Source: Candidatus Latescibacterota bacterium | Lineage (GTDB): Bacteria; Latescibacterota; UBA2968; UBA8231 | NCBI GenBank assembly: GCA_965204725.1 | Contig: OZ242005.1 | Span: 960,001-1,024,000, forward strand | Direction of reading: 5' to 3' | Length of the DNA stretch: 64,000 nt | Shown here: piece by piece, positions 19,474 to 30,071 of the stretch | How the letters are laid out: each line of letters begins with the position of its first letter | Position numbering within the stretch: the first letter of the stretch is position 1 | The notes under the pieces: model-generated | Database searches by the model: none | What the model was told of the DNA's origin: nothing | What the model saw: only the letters and a program-made list of their open reading frames with translations | Made by a program: the position numbers and the translations under genes

Positions 19474-22281
19474 ATGTCATTTGCTACGCACAGTGAAAAC
19501 GCCGAGTACGTCGAGGGCCTTTACGCCCAGTACCAGCGCGACCCCAGTACGCTCCCAGAAGAGTGGCAGCACTTCTTCCGCGGCTTTGAATTTGGCTTCG
19601 CGCGCTCTGAGGCCGATGGCGAAGCAGCAGAAGCAGTAGAAGCCTTGCCGCAGCAGTCCCAAATAGAGGCTTTTGAGGGCCTTTTGGCTCTCGAAGGCGT
19701 CCGTGCCCTCGTGCAGGCCTATCGGCAAATGGGGCACTTCGTCGCCCGGCTCGACCCGCTGGGGGACGACCGCGAGAGCCTGCCGCTGTTGGATCTAATG
19801 GAATTTGGCCTCGCCGAAGAGGACCTCGAAAGGGCCGTGGGCAACGGCGGATTCCTCGGGCGCACGGACGGAACCTTAAAGGGGCTGTTGAGCAAGCTCA
19901 AAACCACGTATTGCCGCTCCATTGGCGTCGAATACATGGACATCCCCGACAAGGATCAGCGCGACTGGCTGCAAGAGCGGATAGAGCCTTGCCTCAACAA
20001 CCCCAATTTGTCCGCAGAAGCGGCGCGCCGCGTGCTCGCCCGGCTCATCGCCGCCGAGGAGTTTGAGCAGTTTTTGCACACGCGCTACGTCGGGCAAAAG
20101 CGCTTCTCGCTCGAAGGGGGCGAGTCCTTGGTGCCGCTCTTGGACGAGTTGGTCAACACCGGCTCCAAGCTAGGCGTCGAAGAGGTGGTCCTCGGCATGG
20201 CCCATCGCGGCCGGCTCAACGTGCTGGCGCATCTTTTGCACAAGCCCTACGAAGAGATCCTCGCCGAGTTCGAGGGCACCGACCGCACGGACCGCGACGA
20301 CGACGAGGGCGACGTCAAATACCACAAGGGCTATTCCTGCGACCACGTCACCGACGAGGGGCGCAAGGTCCACCTCTCGCTCAGTTTTAACCCCAGCCAC
20401 TTAGAGCTGGTGGATCCGGTCATCGAGGGCATCGTCTATGCCAAGCAGGCGTACTTGCGCGACGCCGAAGGGGCGCGGGTGGTGCCGGTGCTCATCCACG
20501 GCGAGGCCGCCTTTACCGGCCAAGGGATCGTCTCGGAGACGCTCAATCTCTCCGAATTGCCCGGCTACCGCACCGGCGGCACCGTCCACATCATCATCAA
20601 CAACCAACTCGGCTACACCGCTCAAGCCAACGAGACGCGCTTTACTCCCTATCCGACCGACGTAGCCAAGGAGATTCAGGCACCGGTCTTCCACGTCAAC
20701 GCCGACGATCCCGAAGCCGTAATCCAAACCGCGCAAGTGGCGATGGAGTTCCGGCACCGCTTCAAGGTGGATGTGATCATCGATTTGTGGTGTTATCGCC
20801 GCTACGGGCACAACGAGGCCGACGACCCGACCCTAACCCAACCGCTGATGTACAAGAAGATCGCCGAGCACCCGACGATCCTCCATCTGTATTCCTTCCA
20901 ACTCATGGCCCAAAACAAAATATCCCAAGAGGAAGCCGACGATATCCGCTCGCGGGTCCGCACCCGGCTCGAAGAGGCCCAGCAAATCGCCCGACGCTTA
21001 CAAGTCCAGCCCCACACGGCGTCTTTCGGGGGCGTCTGGCAGGGCCTGACTTGGGCGCCCAACGACTGGAGTGCCCACACGGCTGTCGATGCCAAGATCC
21101 TGCGGCAGATCGTCGAGCGGGCGACCCAAGTGCCCGACGGGTTCTCCCTGCACCGCACAATCCAGCGGATGGTCGAGGCGCGTCGCGCCATGGCCGCCGG
21201 TCAGACGCCCATCGATTGGGGCTGCGGCGAGGTCATGGCCTTTGGCTCGTTGCTGCGGGAGGGGGTGCCGGTGCGCCTGACCGGCCAAGACAGCCAGCGC
21301 GGCACCTTTGCCCACCGCCACGCCGTCTGGCACGACACCGAAACGGGTGCCAAGCACATCCCTTTGCAGTGCTTGGAGCGAGATCAAGCCGAGTTTGTGG
21401 TCATCAATACCATGCTATCGGAGCTGGCAGTGGTCGGTTTTGAATACGGGATCAGCTCGGCGGACCCGCGGCGCTTGGTCTTGTGGGAGGCCCAGTTCGG
21501 CGACTTCGTCAACGGCGCGCAGATGATCATTGACCAATTCCTCTCCAGCGGCGAAGCCAAGTGGCAGCGAATGAGCGGATTGGTCCTGCTGTTGCCACAC
21601 GGGTACGAAGGCATGGGGCCAGAGCACTCCAGTGCGCGGCTGGAGCGCTTTTTGCAACTATGCGCCAAAAACAACATGCAGGTGGCCTATCCGACCACGC
21701 CAGCGCAACTGTTTCACATCTTGCGGCGACAGGTCCACCGCAACTTCCGCAAGCCGCTGGTGCTCATGACCCCCAAGAGCCTCCTGCGGCACAAGCAATG
21801 CGTCTCCGATCTAGCAGAATTTTCCGCGGGGACGTTCCAGCAGGTCATCGACGACTCGGTCATCGACGATCCAGCCGCCGTCAGCCGGGTAGTGCTATGC
21901 ACCGGCAAAATTTACTACGACTTGGTAGCTGCTCGCAGCCAAGGGAAAGACGGCAATGGGGTGGCACTGCTGCGCGTTGAGGAGCTTTATCCGTTCCCAA
22001 CCGCCGAGCTCCAAGCTGCGTTCAATCGCTACCCCGCCGCTAAGCAGTTCTACTGGGTGCAGGAAGAGTCCCAGAACATGGGCGCGTGGTTTTTTGTCCA
22101 GCCGTACATAGATAAGCTGTTGCCCGCGCACTGCGAGTTGAACTACGTGGGCCGCGACGAAGCGGCCAGTCCGGCCACGGGTTCGGGACTCCTCCACCAA
22201 ACCGAGCAACGAGAAATCGTCGAGCAGGCATTAGGCCGAAGCCGCAAAATAGTGCTGCATCAGCAGCGGCAATCTGGTTAG
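19474..22281 (+). CDS. sucA: 2-oxoglutarate dehydrogenase E1
   Basis: [45 protein letters not shown]. Confidence 0.97.
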   Translation: MSFATHSENAEYVEGLYAQYQRDPSTLPEEWQHFFRGFEFGFARSEADGEAAEAVEALPQQSQIEAFEGLLALEGVRALVQAYRQMGHFVARLDPLGDDRESLPLLDLMEFGLAEEDLERAVGNGGFLGRTDGTLKGLLSKLKTTYCRSIGVEYMDIPDKDQRDWLQERIEPCLNNPNLSAEAARRVLARLIAAEEFEQFLHTRYVGQKRFSLEGGESLVPLLDELVNTGSKLGVEEVVLGMAHRGRLNVLAHLLHKPYEEILAEFEGTDRTDRDDDEGDVKYHKGYSCDHVTDEGRKVHLSLSFNPSHLELVDPVIEGIVYAKQAYLRDAEGARVVPVLIHGEAAFTGQGIVSETLNLSELPGYRTGGTVHIIINNQLGYTAQANETRFTPYPTDVAKEIQAPVFHVNADDPEAVIQTAQVAMEFRHRFKVDVIIDLWCYRRYGHNEADDPTLTQPLMYKKIAEHPTILHLYSFQLMAQNKISQEEADDIRSRVRTRLEEAQQIARRLQVQPHTASFGGVWQGLTWAPNDWSAHTAVDAKILRQIVERATQVPDGFSLHRTIQRMVEARRAMAAGQTPIDWGCGEVMAFGSLLREGVPVRLTGQDSQRGTFAHRHAVWHDTETGAKHIPLQCLERDQAEFVVINTMLSELAVVGFEYGISSADPRRLVLWEAQFGDFVNGAQMIIDQFLSSGEAKWQRMSGLVLLLPHGYEGMGPEHSSARLERFLQLCAKNNMQVAYPTTPAQLFHILRRQVHRNFRKPLVLMTPKSLLRHKQCVSDLAEFSAGTFQQVIDDSVIDDPAAVSRVVLCTGKIYYDLVAARSQGKDGNGVALLRVEELYPFPTAELQAAFNRYPAAKQFYWVQEESQNMGAWFFVQPYIDKLLPAHCELNYVGRDEAASPATGSGLLHQTEQREIVEQALGRSRKIVLHQQRQSG

Positions 22282-22292
22282 GAGCAGGTACA

Positions 22293-23549
22293 ATGTCAGT
22301 ACAAGTCGAAATACCGAGCATGGGCGAATCAGTCAACGAGGTCATTCTCCTCGAATGGCTCAAGGGCGATGGCGAGCGCGTTGAGCAGGACGAGCCGCTC
22401 TGCGTACTAGAGACCGACAAGGCCAACGTCGATCTGCCGTCCCCAGCCAGCGGTGCGCTCAAGCACCTACAACCTATTGAAACCACTTTGGCAATAGGAT
22501 CGATAGTCGCGGAAATAGCGGAAATAGCGGAGGGCGAAGAACCGGCCGCGCCGGCCCCGGCGTCCCAACCTTCGGCGAGTTCAGCCGAGCCGTCGAAGCC
22601 CGAACCCGTCCTAAGTCCAGCCGTGCGCCGCTTAGTCGAAGAGCACGAGCTGGACCCGGCCGCCATAGAGGGCACGGGCAAGGATGGGCGTCTAACAAAA
22701 AAGGATGTGCTCGCCCACCTAGAGGCTCTATCCGCGCCCGCCGAACCTACGCCGCCGCCGCCTACGCCTGAACCTGCACCGCCTCCACCACCTGAACCCG
22801 CTCCTCCACCTACGCCTGCGTCCCCTCCACCCCCTCCGCCCGCCGGTCCCGACCCCATTCGTCGCGAGCCGATGAGCCGGCTTCGCCAGCGCATTGCCGA
22901 GCACTTGGTCGCCGCCCAGCACAACGCGGCCATGCTGACGACCTTCAACGAAATCGACATGAGCGCGGTGATGCAGCTTCGGGCCAAGTACAAGGAGCGC
23001 TTTGCCCAAGTTCACGGCACGTCGCTGGGATTGATGTCCTTTTTCTCGCGCGCCACCGTCCTCGCCCTTGGCGAGTTTCCGGCGATCAACGCGCAAATTG
23101 ACGGCACCCACATTGTGTATCACGACTTCGTCAATTTGGGGATCGCGGTGAGCACCGAGCGCGGGCTCGTCGTGCCGGTCTTGCGCCGCGCCGATCAGAT
23201 GTCCATCGCCCAACTCGAAAGCAACATCAAGCGACTCGCGCTGAGTGCCCGCGACAACAAGCTGGCCATGGACGAGCTAAGCGGCGGCACCTTTACCATC
23301 ACCAACGGCGGAGTTTTCGGCTCGCTGCTTTCCACGCCGATTCTAAACGCGCCGCAAAGTGGAATTCTGGGGATGCACGCGATCCAAGAGCGGCCCGTGG
23401 CCGTGGAGGGCCAAGTGGCGATCAGGCCGATGATGTACACAGCCCTGTCCTACGACCATCGGCTCGTCGATGGCCAACAGTCGGTTTCGTTTTTAGTGCG
23501 AATAAAGGAACTGTTGGAAGATCCGGCGCGCCTGATACTAGAGGTATAG
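22293..23549 (+). CDS. sucB: Dihydrolipoyllysine succinyltransferase E2
   Basis: Lipoyl ETDKA, E3-binding [30 protein letters not shown]. Confidence 0.97.
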   Translation: MSVQVEIPSMGESVNEVILLEWLKGDGERVEQDEPLCVLETDKANVDLPSPASGALKHLQPIETTLAIGSIVAEIAEIAEGEEPAAPAPASQPSASSAEPSKPEPVLSPAVRRLVEEHELDPAAIEGTGKDGRLTKKDVLAHLEALSAPAEPTPPPPTPEPAPPPPPEPAPPPTPASPPPPPPAGPDPIRREPMSRLRQRIAEHLVAAQHNAAMLTTFNEIDMSAVMQLRAKYKERFAQVHGTSLGLMSFFSRATVLALGEFPAINAQIDGTHIVYHDFVNLGIAVSTERGLVVPVLRRADQMSIAQLESNIKRLALSARDNKLAMDELSGGTFTITNGGVFGSLLSTPILNAPQSGILGMHAIQERPVAVEGQVAIRPMMYTALSYDHRLVDGQQSVSFLVRIKELLEDPARLILEV

Positions 23550-23606
23550 CGGGCGGCTGTCGCCGGTCCCAGCGGATAAACGCCGATGCCCAATTTTGTT
23601 TGGCGA

Positions 23607-23752
23607 TATAGCCATCCTACATCTTTCAAGACTGGATTCCCGCCCCGTGTCGAGGCACGGGGTGACGTTCTTTCGCGGGAATGACGCCTCAGAGGCAAAA
23701 AAGACCGTGCCGATCTACATTCCATGCTTTCAAATTATTTAGGACTGCGACA
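23607..23752 (-). mobile_element. MITE family B copy (IS630-like ends) with REP-like palindrome
   Basis: Inverted, longer homologue of 38001-38100: TATAGCCATCCTACATC...CTGGATTCCCGC...GCGGGAATGAC...ATTCCATGCTTTCAA.TATTTAGG. Confidence 0.75.
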
Positions 23753-23805
23753 TTTGGAAGTCTGTCTGACGAGAGCCAACTGCTAATCACGCAAAGAGGA
23801 AAATC

Positions 23806-25188
23806 GTGAGCGACACTGCATTCGACTTAGTAGTCATCGGCGCTGGGCCGGGCGGCTACGTAGCCGCAAGCAAGGCGGCGCAACTCGGTATGAAGGTGGC
23901 CTGCATCGACAAAAGCTACCTCGGCGGCACCTGCCTCAACGTCGGCTGCATCCCCAGCAAGGCCCTGCTGGAATCGAGTGCTTTGTTCTACAGGGTCAAG
24001 AAGGGGTTGGGGCACCACGGAATCGGGCAGGGCGAAGTGGGCTTGGACCTGCGGGCCATGATGGCGCGGAAAGAGAAAATCGTCCAGACCATGACCCAAG
24101 GCATTGAGGGGTTGTTCAAGGGCCGAGGGGTGACGCATTTCGTCGGTGCGGGCCGAGTTCTCGCCCCGGGCAGCGTGTCGGTGCAGGGTGCCGATGGAGA
24201 GCAGGTGCTGGCTACCAAGCACATTTTGCTGGCCACCGGGAGTACGCCCGTGGAACTGCCGAACCTGCCCTTTGACGGAGAGCACGTAATCAGTTCGACC
24301 GAGGCCCTAACCCTAGAAAAGGTCCCTGAGCAGCTCGTCGTCATTGGCGGCGGTGCCATTGGGCTAGAGTTGGGGTCCGTGTGGTCGCGGCTAGGTGCCC
24401 AAGTGCTCGTAGTCGAGGCCATGGAGCAGATTTTGCCGGGGATGGACCGAGAGATGGCCCAGCAGCTAGAGCGGCCGCTCAAGCGACAGGGGCTACAGTT
24501 CCTGCTCGGGGCCAAGGCTCAAGCCGCCGCGATCGCCGAGGGCCAAATTACCCTGACCATAGTGACCGGCGATCAGGAGCGCGTCGAGACGTGCGATCTG
24601 GTGCTGGTGGCCGTGGGGCGCAAACCATGCAGCGCGGGCTTGGGGCTGGAAGAGGTGGGCGTGGAGATCAACGAGCGGGGACAGGTCTTGGTTGACGCGC
24701 AGGGGCGCACCCATGTCGAGGGCATCTGGGCTATCGGCGACCTCGTGCCCGGGGCGATGTTGGCCCACAAGGCCGAGGCCGAAGGAATCGCGGTCGCCGA
24801 GCGGATGGCCGGGCGGGCGGGGCAAGTCAACCACGAGGCCATACCCGCGGTCGTGTACACCCATCCAGAACTGGCTTCTGTCGGCGCGAGCGAGGAAGAA
24901 GCCACCGCAGCCGGCCGCGAGGTCGCGGTCGGCAAGTACCCATTTCGCGGCAATGCCCGCGCCCACTGCATGGACGACACAGATGGCCTAGTCAAGGTCG
25001 TCGCCGATGCACACACCGACCAACTCTTGGGGCTGCACATCCTAGGGCCGCAGGCTTCGCACTTGATTGCCGAGGGCGTCTTGGCCCTAGAGTTCGGTGC
25101 CAGTGCCGAGGATGTGGCCCGCACTGTCCACGCACATCCGGCTTTGTCAGAGGTCGTGGGCGAGGCGGCGCGGTCGGTGGGGGAATAG
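23806..25188 (+). CDS. lpdA: Dihydrolipoyl dehydrogenase E3
   Basis: GAGPGG, GGTCLNVGCIPSK, GGGAIGLE, HPALSE. Confidence 0.97.
   Translation: MSDTAFDLVVIGAGPGGYVAASKAAQLGMKVACIDKSYLGGTCLNVGCIPSKALLESSALFYRVKKGLGHHGIGQGEVGLDLRAMMARKEKIVQTMTQGIEGLFKGRGVTHFVGAGRVLAPGSVSVQGADGEQVLATKHILLATGSTPVELPNLPFDGEHVISSTEALTLEKVPEQLVVIGGGAIGLELGSVWSRLGAQVLVVEAMEQILPGMDREMAQQLERPLKRQGLQFLLGAKAQAAAIAEGQITLTIVTGDQERVETCDLVLVAVGRKPCSAGLGLEEVGVEINERGQVLVDAQGRTHVEGIWAIGDLVPGAMLAHKAEAEGIAVAERMAGRAGQVNHEAIPAVVYTHPELASVGASEEEATAAGREVAVGKYPFRGNARAHCMDDTDGLVKVVADAHTDQLLGLHILGPQASHLIAEGVLALEFGASAEDVARTVHAHPALSEVVGEAARSVGE
25076..25173 (+). repeat. lpdA 3'-end direct repeat, copy 1
   Basis: 98 bp repeated at 26224-26321 with 8 substitutions. 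Confidence 0.92.
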
Positions 25189-25332
25189 ATCGCTTATTTT
25201 TTTGGCGATTGGCCGGACGAAGAGGCTGGTTTGGTTGAGAGGGATTTAGGCGCGGGTGGGCGCGTTTTGATTTTAGATGGGGCCGAATTACGGCCGCCCT
25301 TTCGGACATAGCCCTCGGTCAAGGGGGGGGTC

Positions 25333-25983
25333 CTACGTTGAGCGTTGGGCATCGTGCTGCTCCTGTTCTACTCCCCTATATGGGAACTCGATGTGGATGT
25401 CATCTACCTTGCGGGCGAGGTATAACAATGGGATCTCAACTTCATTCCCCTCACTGTCATAGATACAGACTTCTCTAAGTAAAAGTTCTCGCAGCTTTCC
25501 CGTTTCCGAAAACGAATCCACCCATCCGGCATAGGTGATGTTCTTTTCAAAATCCCGCAAGTGAATATACTCAACTTCGGCTCGAGAGGAGTTGAAGGTG
25601 AAGTCCCAGACATCTTCGTCTCCGTACTTTTGGGTTACTCGAATGAACTGTAGGAAGCGAGTTAGCCATTTGTAGGTGCTACCAGCGATCCAAATTATTG
25701 CTAGAAAAAACGAAACTGGTAATGACCATAAAACCTCATCGACAAAATCTCCAATCGACAGCGTTTTAGGGTCAGCTTGGCTAATCCACAGAGTCGAAAA
25801 CTCTTTTCCCAGACACGCATAGACGATATAGACTGCCGCGTATGTCATAAGACCGAATATAAAAGCTCTGATGAGAAATTCGGCTTGGCTTGGTTTGGCT
25901 TTTTGGGCATAGCGCATATCGAGCTGAGCCCAGATCAGGCCCGGCAGAAACACAATTGCAAGCTGAACAAGTAAGATATTCAT
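25333..25983 (-). CDS. Membrane protein, DUF6338-like (AT-richer cargo gene)
   Basis: Three N-terminal hydrophobic segments (IVFLPG...), DVWDFTF and YAGWVDSFSE motifs; composition AT-richer than the flanks. Confidence 0.65.
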   Translation of the reverse strand: MNILLVQLAIVFLPGLIWAQLDMRYAQKAKPSQAEFLIRAFIFGLMTYAAVYIVYACLGKEFSTLWISQADPKTLSIGDFVDEVLWSLPVSFFLAIIWIAGSTYKWLTRFLQFIRVTQKYGDEDVWDFTFNSSRAEVEYIHLRDFEKNITYAGWVDSFSETGKLRELLLREVCIYDSEGNEVEIPLLYLARKVDDIHIEFPYRGVEQEQHDAQRST

Positions 25984-26223
25984 CAATCGTCTCCCGGCGT
26001 TTCAGGCCATCCATTCGGCGCATCCCTCCCATAAAGACCGGCAGTTCCTGTGCGAATATAGCAAACGTTGGGTGTGGCGCAACGTCGTCAGGATAAGCCC
26101 GCTAGGACGAGCAGAGAAGCGGAAATCGCCTTTTGCCCTATATTTTATACGTCCCCTCTACGACGAAAGGGCCATACATGTCCAAACGAGAGAACATGAC
26201 GCACGAGGAGAGCGAAAAGGGCC

Positions 26224-26336
26224 GCGTCTTGGCCCTAGAATTCGGTGCCAGCGCCGAGGATGTCGCTCGCACCGTCCACGCACACCCGGCACTGTCAGAG
26301 GTCGTGGGCGAGGCGGCGCGGGCCGCAGTGCCATGA
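26224..26336 (+). pseudogene. Displaced lpdA 3' end (direct repeat copy 2)
   Basis: Encodes [36 protein letters not shown]; its TGA overlaps the SDR ATG (ATGA). Confidence 0.85.
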
Positions 26337-27106
26337 GGCTCGCCGACAAAGTCGTCCTCATCACCGGCGCGGGATCGGGGATTGGCCGCCAAACCGCGCT
26401 GCACTGCGCCCGTGAAGGCGCGCACGTTGCGGCCGTTGACCTCAACGCGACCACAGCGGAGCAAACGGCCGACGCCATCGCGGCCGACAACGGGCAGGCC
26501 ATGGCCATCGCGGCCGACGTGTCCCGCGCGGCCGACTGCGAGCGCATGGTGCAGCAAGCCGAAGCCGCTTATGGACGCCTCGACGTGCTGTTCAACAACG
26601 CCGGTATCTCGCACCACGCCGACGCCGACGCCATCGACACCGAAGAAGAGGTTTGGGACCTGACTATGGCGGTCAATCTCAAGGGCGTCTTTTTGGGCTG
26701 CAAATACGGCATTCCGGCCCTGCGCCGCGCCGGCCGCGGCGCGATCATCAACACCGCCTCTTTTGTCGCCTTGCTCGGAGCGGCCACGCCTCAACTGGCC
26801 TATACCGCCAGCAAGGGCGGGGTCCTCGCGCTGACGCGCGAGCTAGCCGTGGTCCACGCGCACGAAAACATCCGCGTCAACGCGCTCTGCCCCGGCCCCT
26901 TGCACACCGAGTTGCTGATGCAATATCTCGACAGCGAAGAGAAGCGCCAGCGCCGCCTGGTTCACATCCCCATGGGCCGCTTCGGCGAGGCGGAGGAAAT
27001 CGCCCGCACGGTCGTCTTCTTGGCCTCGGACGACGCCTCCTTCATCACCGGCGCGACCTTTGTCGTCGATGGGGGCATCACCGCCGCTTACGTCACCCCA
27101 GAGTGA
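26333..27106 (+). CDS. Short-chain dehydrogenase/reductase
   Basis: [19 protein letters not shown] (YxxxK), VNALCPG. Confidence 0.93.
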   Translation: MRLADKVVLITGAGSGIGRQTALHCAREGAHVAAVDLNATTAEQTADAIAADNGQAMAIAADVSRAADCERMVQQAEAAYGRLDVLFNNAGISHHADADAIDTEEEVWDLTMAVNLKGVFLGCKYGIPALRRAGRGAIINTASFVALLGAATPQLAYTASKGGVLALTRELAVVHAHENIRVNALCPGPLHTELLMQYLDSEEKRQRRLVHIPMGRFGEAEEIARTVVFLASDDASFITGATFVVDGGITAAYVTPE

Positions 27107-27207
27107 GGCCGCTCATGCGCTTTGCGGTCGCAATAACGCCGCGCTCGCCGAGCCGTTGGACTTATTGAACTTCCTGTAACCACCGCACAACTCAGAAAGG
27201 GCAAACC

Positions 27208-28521
27208 ATGAGCGAGTTTTTTAAGGGCATTGAAAAAATTGCGTACGAAGGCCCAGATTCCAAAAACCCCCTAGCCTTCAAGCACTACGACGCCAAGGCG
27301 ATGGTCGGCGACAAAACCATGGCCGAGCACCTGCGCTTCTCCGTGGCCTTTTGGCACAGCTTTAAGGGCGGGGGCATCGATCCCTTCGGCCCAACTTCGG
27401 TGTACGACCGGCCTTGGGACCGCGCCGCCGACCCCATGCAGCGCGCCGAGGACACCCTGCGCGCGGCCTTTGAGTTCATTGCCAAGTTAGGCGCGCCATT
27501 CTACTGCTGGCACGACCGCGACATCGCGCCCGAAGGCGAGACCCTCAAAGAGACCAACGACCGCCTCGACCACGTCGTGGGGCTGGCCGAGCAATTGCAA
27601 GCCGACACAGGCGTCCGCTTGCTGTGGGGCACATCCAACTGTTTCTCGCACATGCGTTTTACCCACGGGGCCGCCACCAACCCCGACGCCCACATCTTCG
27701 CTTGGGCCGCGGCTCAGATCAAGAAGGCCATGGAATGTACCCATCGGCTCGGGGGGGCCAACTACGTGTTTTGGGGGGGACGCGAGGGGTACTCCAGCTT
27801 GCTCAATACCAATATGGCCCACGAGCAGGACCAACTCGCACGCCTCTTGCGGATGGCGGTCGAACACAAAAAGGCGATTGGCTTTACCGGCACTCTGCTC
27901 GTGGAGCCCAAACCCAAAGAGCCGACCAAGCACCAATACGACTACGACGCCGCGGCCGTCTTGAGCTTTCTCCGCAAATACGACCTGTTGGACGAGTTCA
28001 AGCTCAACGTCGAAGCCAACCACGCGACCTTGGCCGGCCACACCTTTGAACACGACCTCCAACTCGCCTCGGCCGAGGGCAAACTGGGCAGCATAGACGC
28101 CAACCGCGGCGATTACCTGCTCGGCTGGGACACCGACCAATTTCCCACCGACCTCTACTCCACCACCCACGCCATGCTGGTGATTCTCAAACAGGGCGGC
28201 ATCGGCCCCGGCGGCGTCAACTTCGACGCCAAGGTGCGGCGCGGCTCCTGCGACTTGGACGATCTCTTTCACGCCCACATCGGCGGCATGGACTCGTTTG
28301 CCCGCGGGCTAACGCTGGCCCAGCGCATCCTCGACGACGGCGCGCTCGACGCTTTTGTGGAGGCGCGCTACGCCTCGTACCGCAGCGGCATCGGCGAGAA
28401 AATCATGCGCGGCGAGACCAACTTTGCCGAGCTAGAGGAATACGTTCACCTGCACGGCGAGCCGGAACGGCGCAGCGGCCGCGAGGAAATGCTGGAAAAC
28501 ATCGTCAATAGCTATTTGTGA
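27208..28521 (+). CDS. xylA: Xylose isomerase (class II)
   Basis: HLRFSVAFWH, WHDRDIAP, VFWGGREGY, EPKPKEP, GWDTDQFP, NFDAK. Confidence 0.96.
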   Translation: MSEFFKGIEKIAYEGPDSKNPLAFKHYDAKAMVGDKTMAEHLRFSVAFWHSFKGGGIDPFGPTSVYDRPWDRAADPMQRAEDTLRAAFEFIAKLGAPFYCWHDRDIAPEGETLKETNDRLDHVVGLAEQLQADTGVRLLWGTSNCFSHMRFTHGAATNPDAHIFAWAAAQIKKAMECTHRLGGANYVFWGGREGYSSLLNTNMAHEQDQLARLLRMAVEHKKAIGFTGTLLVEPKPKEPTKHQYDYDAAAVLSFLRKYDLLDEFKLNVEANHATLAGHTFEHDLQLASAEGKLGSIDANRGDYLLGWDTDQFPTDLYSTTHAMLVILKQGGIGPGGVNFDAKVRRGSCDLDDLFHAHIGGMDSFARGLTLAQRILDDGALDAFVEARYASYRSGIGEKIMRGETNFAELEEYVHLHGEPERRSGREEMLENIVNSYL

Positions 28522-28551
28522 GGGGCATAAGGAAGGAATAAATCGCGGTAG

Positions 28552-28600
28552 CTAACGTCAGCAGTAGCGCATTGGCCGGTATTGCTGACGTTAGTTTGTT
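28552..28600 (+). terminator. Stem-loop terminator after xylA
   Basis: 12-bp perfect inverted repeat CTAACGTCAGCA/TGCTGACGTTAG followed by TTTGTT. Confidence 0.65.
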
Positions 28601-28752
28601 CAATAGAAGCGACCGATTGCTGCGGCTGATCGTTCAAGCTATTTCGTTCCCAAAAGAATCTCGATCTCTTCGTTATCACAAGTGAGTGTTCTGTTCCTCG
28701 GTGCTCTTTTCTTCATACTGTTTGCTCGGCCGCGCAGCCGGATACTCTTCGC

Positions 28753-29739
28753 TCAATTGTCCCGCGGCACGGCCATCATCCGCTCCAACGCCCGCCGCGC
28801 CCCCGCAATCACCTCGTCGTCCAGCTTGATTTCGTAGCGCTCGTAGAGCAGGGAAAAGTACACGTCTTGCAGGTCGGTGATCTTCATGTAAGGGCAGTGT
28901 AGCCGGCAGCCAATGCAGCCATCGGCCGCTACGAACTCTTGGTGTGGGAAGCGCTGGCGGAGCTGGTGCAACATGCCGTTTTCTGTGGCGATGATGAAGC
29001 TCTTGGCCGCGGGGTACTTTTCTACGGCCTTGAGCATCCCCGTGGTCGAGCACACTTCGTGCGCTATTTCGACTACGTCCTCGCGGCATTCTGGGTGTGC
29101 GATGATGACGGCCTCGGGATACTCGGTGCGGGTGCGCTCGACGCTGGCGGAGCGCAGCACATCGTGCGTTGGGCAAGCACCGTCGTACACGACGATTTCT
29201 TTTTCCGGCACCTGCTCGGCCACCCAGCGGCCCAAGTTGCGATCGGGCGTAAAGAGGATCTTGTCGCTGTCGAGGCTGCGCACCACCGAGACGGCGTTGG
29301 CCGAGGTGCAGCAGATGTCGGACTCGGCCTTCACCTCGGCCGTGGAGTTGACATACGTCACCACCGCGTGATCGGGATAGTCGGCTTTCCAATCGTCGAG
29401 GCTTTCGGGGGTGATGGAGTCGGCCAGCGAACAGCCCGCGCCCAAATGGGGCAAGAACACTTGCTTGTCGGGGCTGAGGATTTTGGCCGACTCGGCCATG
29501 AAATGCACGCCGCAAAAGACGATGCGCTCGGCGTCTGCCTTGGCCGCTTCTACGGACAGCCCGAGTGAATCACCCGTGAAGTCGGCCAAGTCTTGGATCG
29601 GCGGAATCTGGTAGTTGTGCGCGAGGATGACCGCGTTTTGCTCGCGGCGCAAGCGGTCGATCTGGGCGATGAGCTCCTCGGCCGGCAGGTCGCTGTGGTA
29701 CTGCCCGGCGGCTGGGGCGAGCGTCTGTGCGTAGGTCAT
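28753..29739 (-). CDS. nadA: Quinolinate synthase
   Basis: ILAHNYQ, FCGVHFMAE, GCSLA, YVNS, HPEC, CPYM. Confidence 0.96.
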   Translation of the reverse strand: MTYAQTLAPAAGQYHSDLPAEELIAQIDRLRREQNAVILAHNYQIPPIQDLADFTGDSLGLSVEAAKADAERIVFCGVHFMAESAKILSPDKQVFLPHLGAGCSLADSITPESLDDWKADYPDHAVVTYVNSTAEVKAESDICCTSANAVSVVRSLDSDKILFTPDRNLGRWVAEQVPEKEIVVYDGACPTHDVLRSASVERTRTEYPEAVIIAHPECREDVVEIAHEVCSTTGMLKAVEKYPAAKSFIIATENGMLHQLRQRFPHQEFVAADGCIGCRLHCPYMKITDLQDVYFSLLYERYEIKLDDEVIAGARRALERMMAVPRDN

Positions 29740-29945
29740 GGCTTGACTTGCGCTCCTTCGTCGGGGGGGATGGTCTCGGTGCCGTTGGGAAAAACGCGCC
29801 AAAACTCCTTGCGAATGAGGCCGGCGATCATGGCGCTTTTGCTGCTGCCGTGATAGCGGGCAATCGCGTCGAGCATTTCGTGATCGCGGTCGGGTGCTGA
29901 AAAGGTCCGCACCTTTGCCCGGCGGCTCTGATCTTTGGCTGGCAT
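29736..29945 (-). CDS. Small ribbon-helix-helix (CopG/MetJ-like) protein
   Basis: Strand VRTFSA, helix DHEMLDAIARYHG, helix SKSAMIAGLIRKEF; stop overlaps the nadA ATG. Confidence 0.7.
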   Translation of the reverse strand: MPAKDQSRRAKVRTFSAPDRDHEMLDAIARYHGSSKSAMIAGLIRKEFWRVFPNGTETIPPDEGAQVKP

Positions 29946-29988
29946 GAAACTATTTATTTTTTATATAAATTTTAATTAACATGTATGT

Positions 29989-30017
29989 AATCTAACGAAT
30001 CGCCAGCGACCCGTCAA
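29989..30017 (-). promoter_or_regulatory. sigma70-type promoter of the RHH-nadA operon
   Basis: TTGACG-17 bp-TAGATT on the minus strand, followed by a very AT-rich leader. Confidence 0.55.
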
Positions 30018-30071
30018 TAAATATGTAACCATTTTTTAACGAAATTTTCGCAAGGGAAGGGGGACTCGGGC

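Noticed and set aside
22509-22850. 9-bp tandem repeat (EIAEIAE) and Pro-rich repeats in sucB
   Set aside because: Ordinary flexible E2 linker sequence
28601-28752. Possible sRNA or short gene between xylA and nadA
   Set aside because: No recognisable RNA family, RBS-start or strong structure
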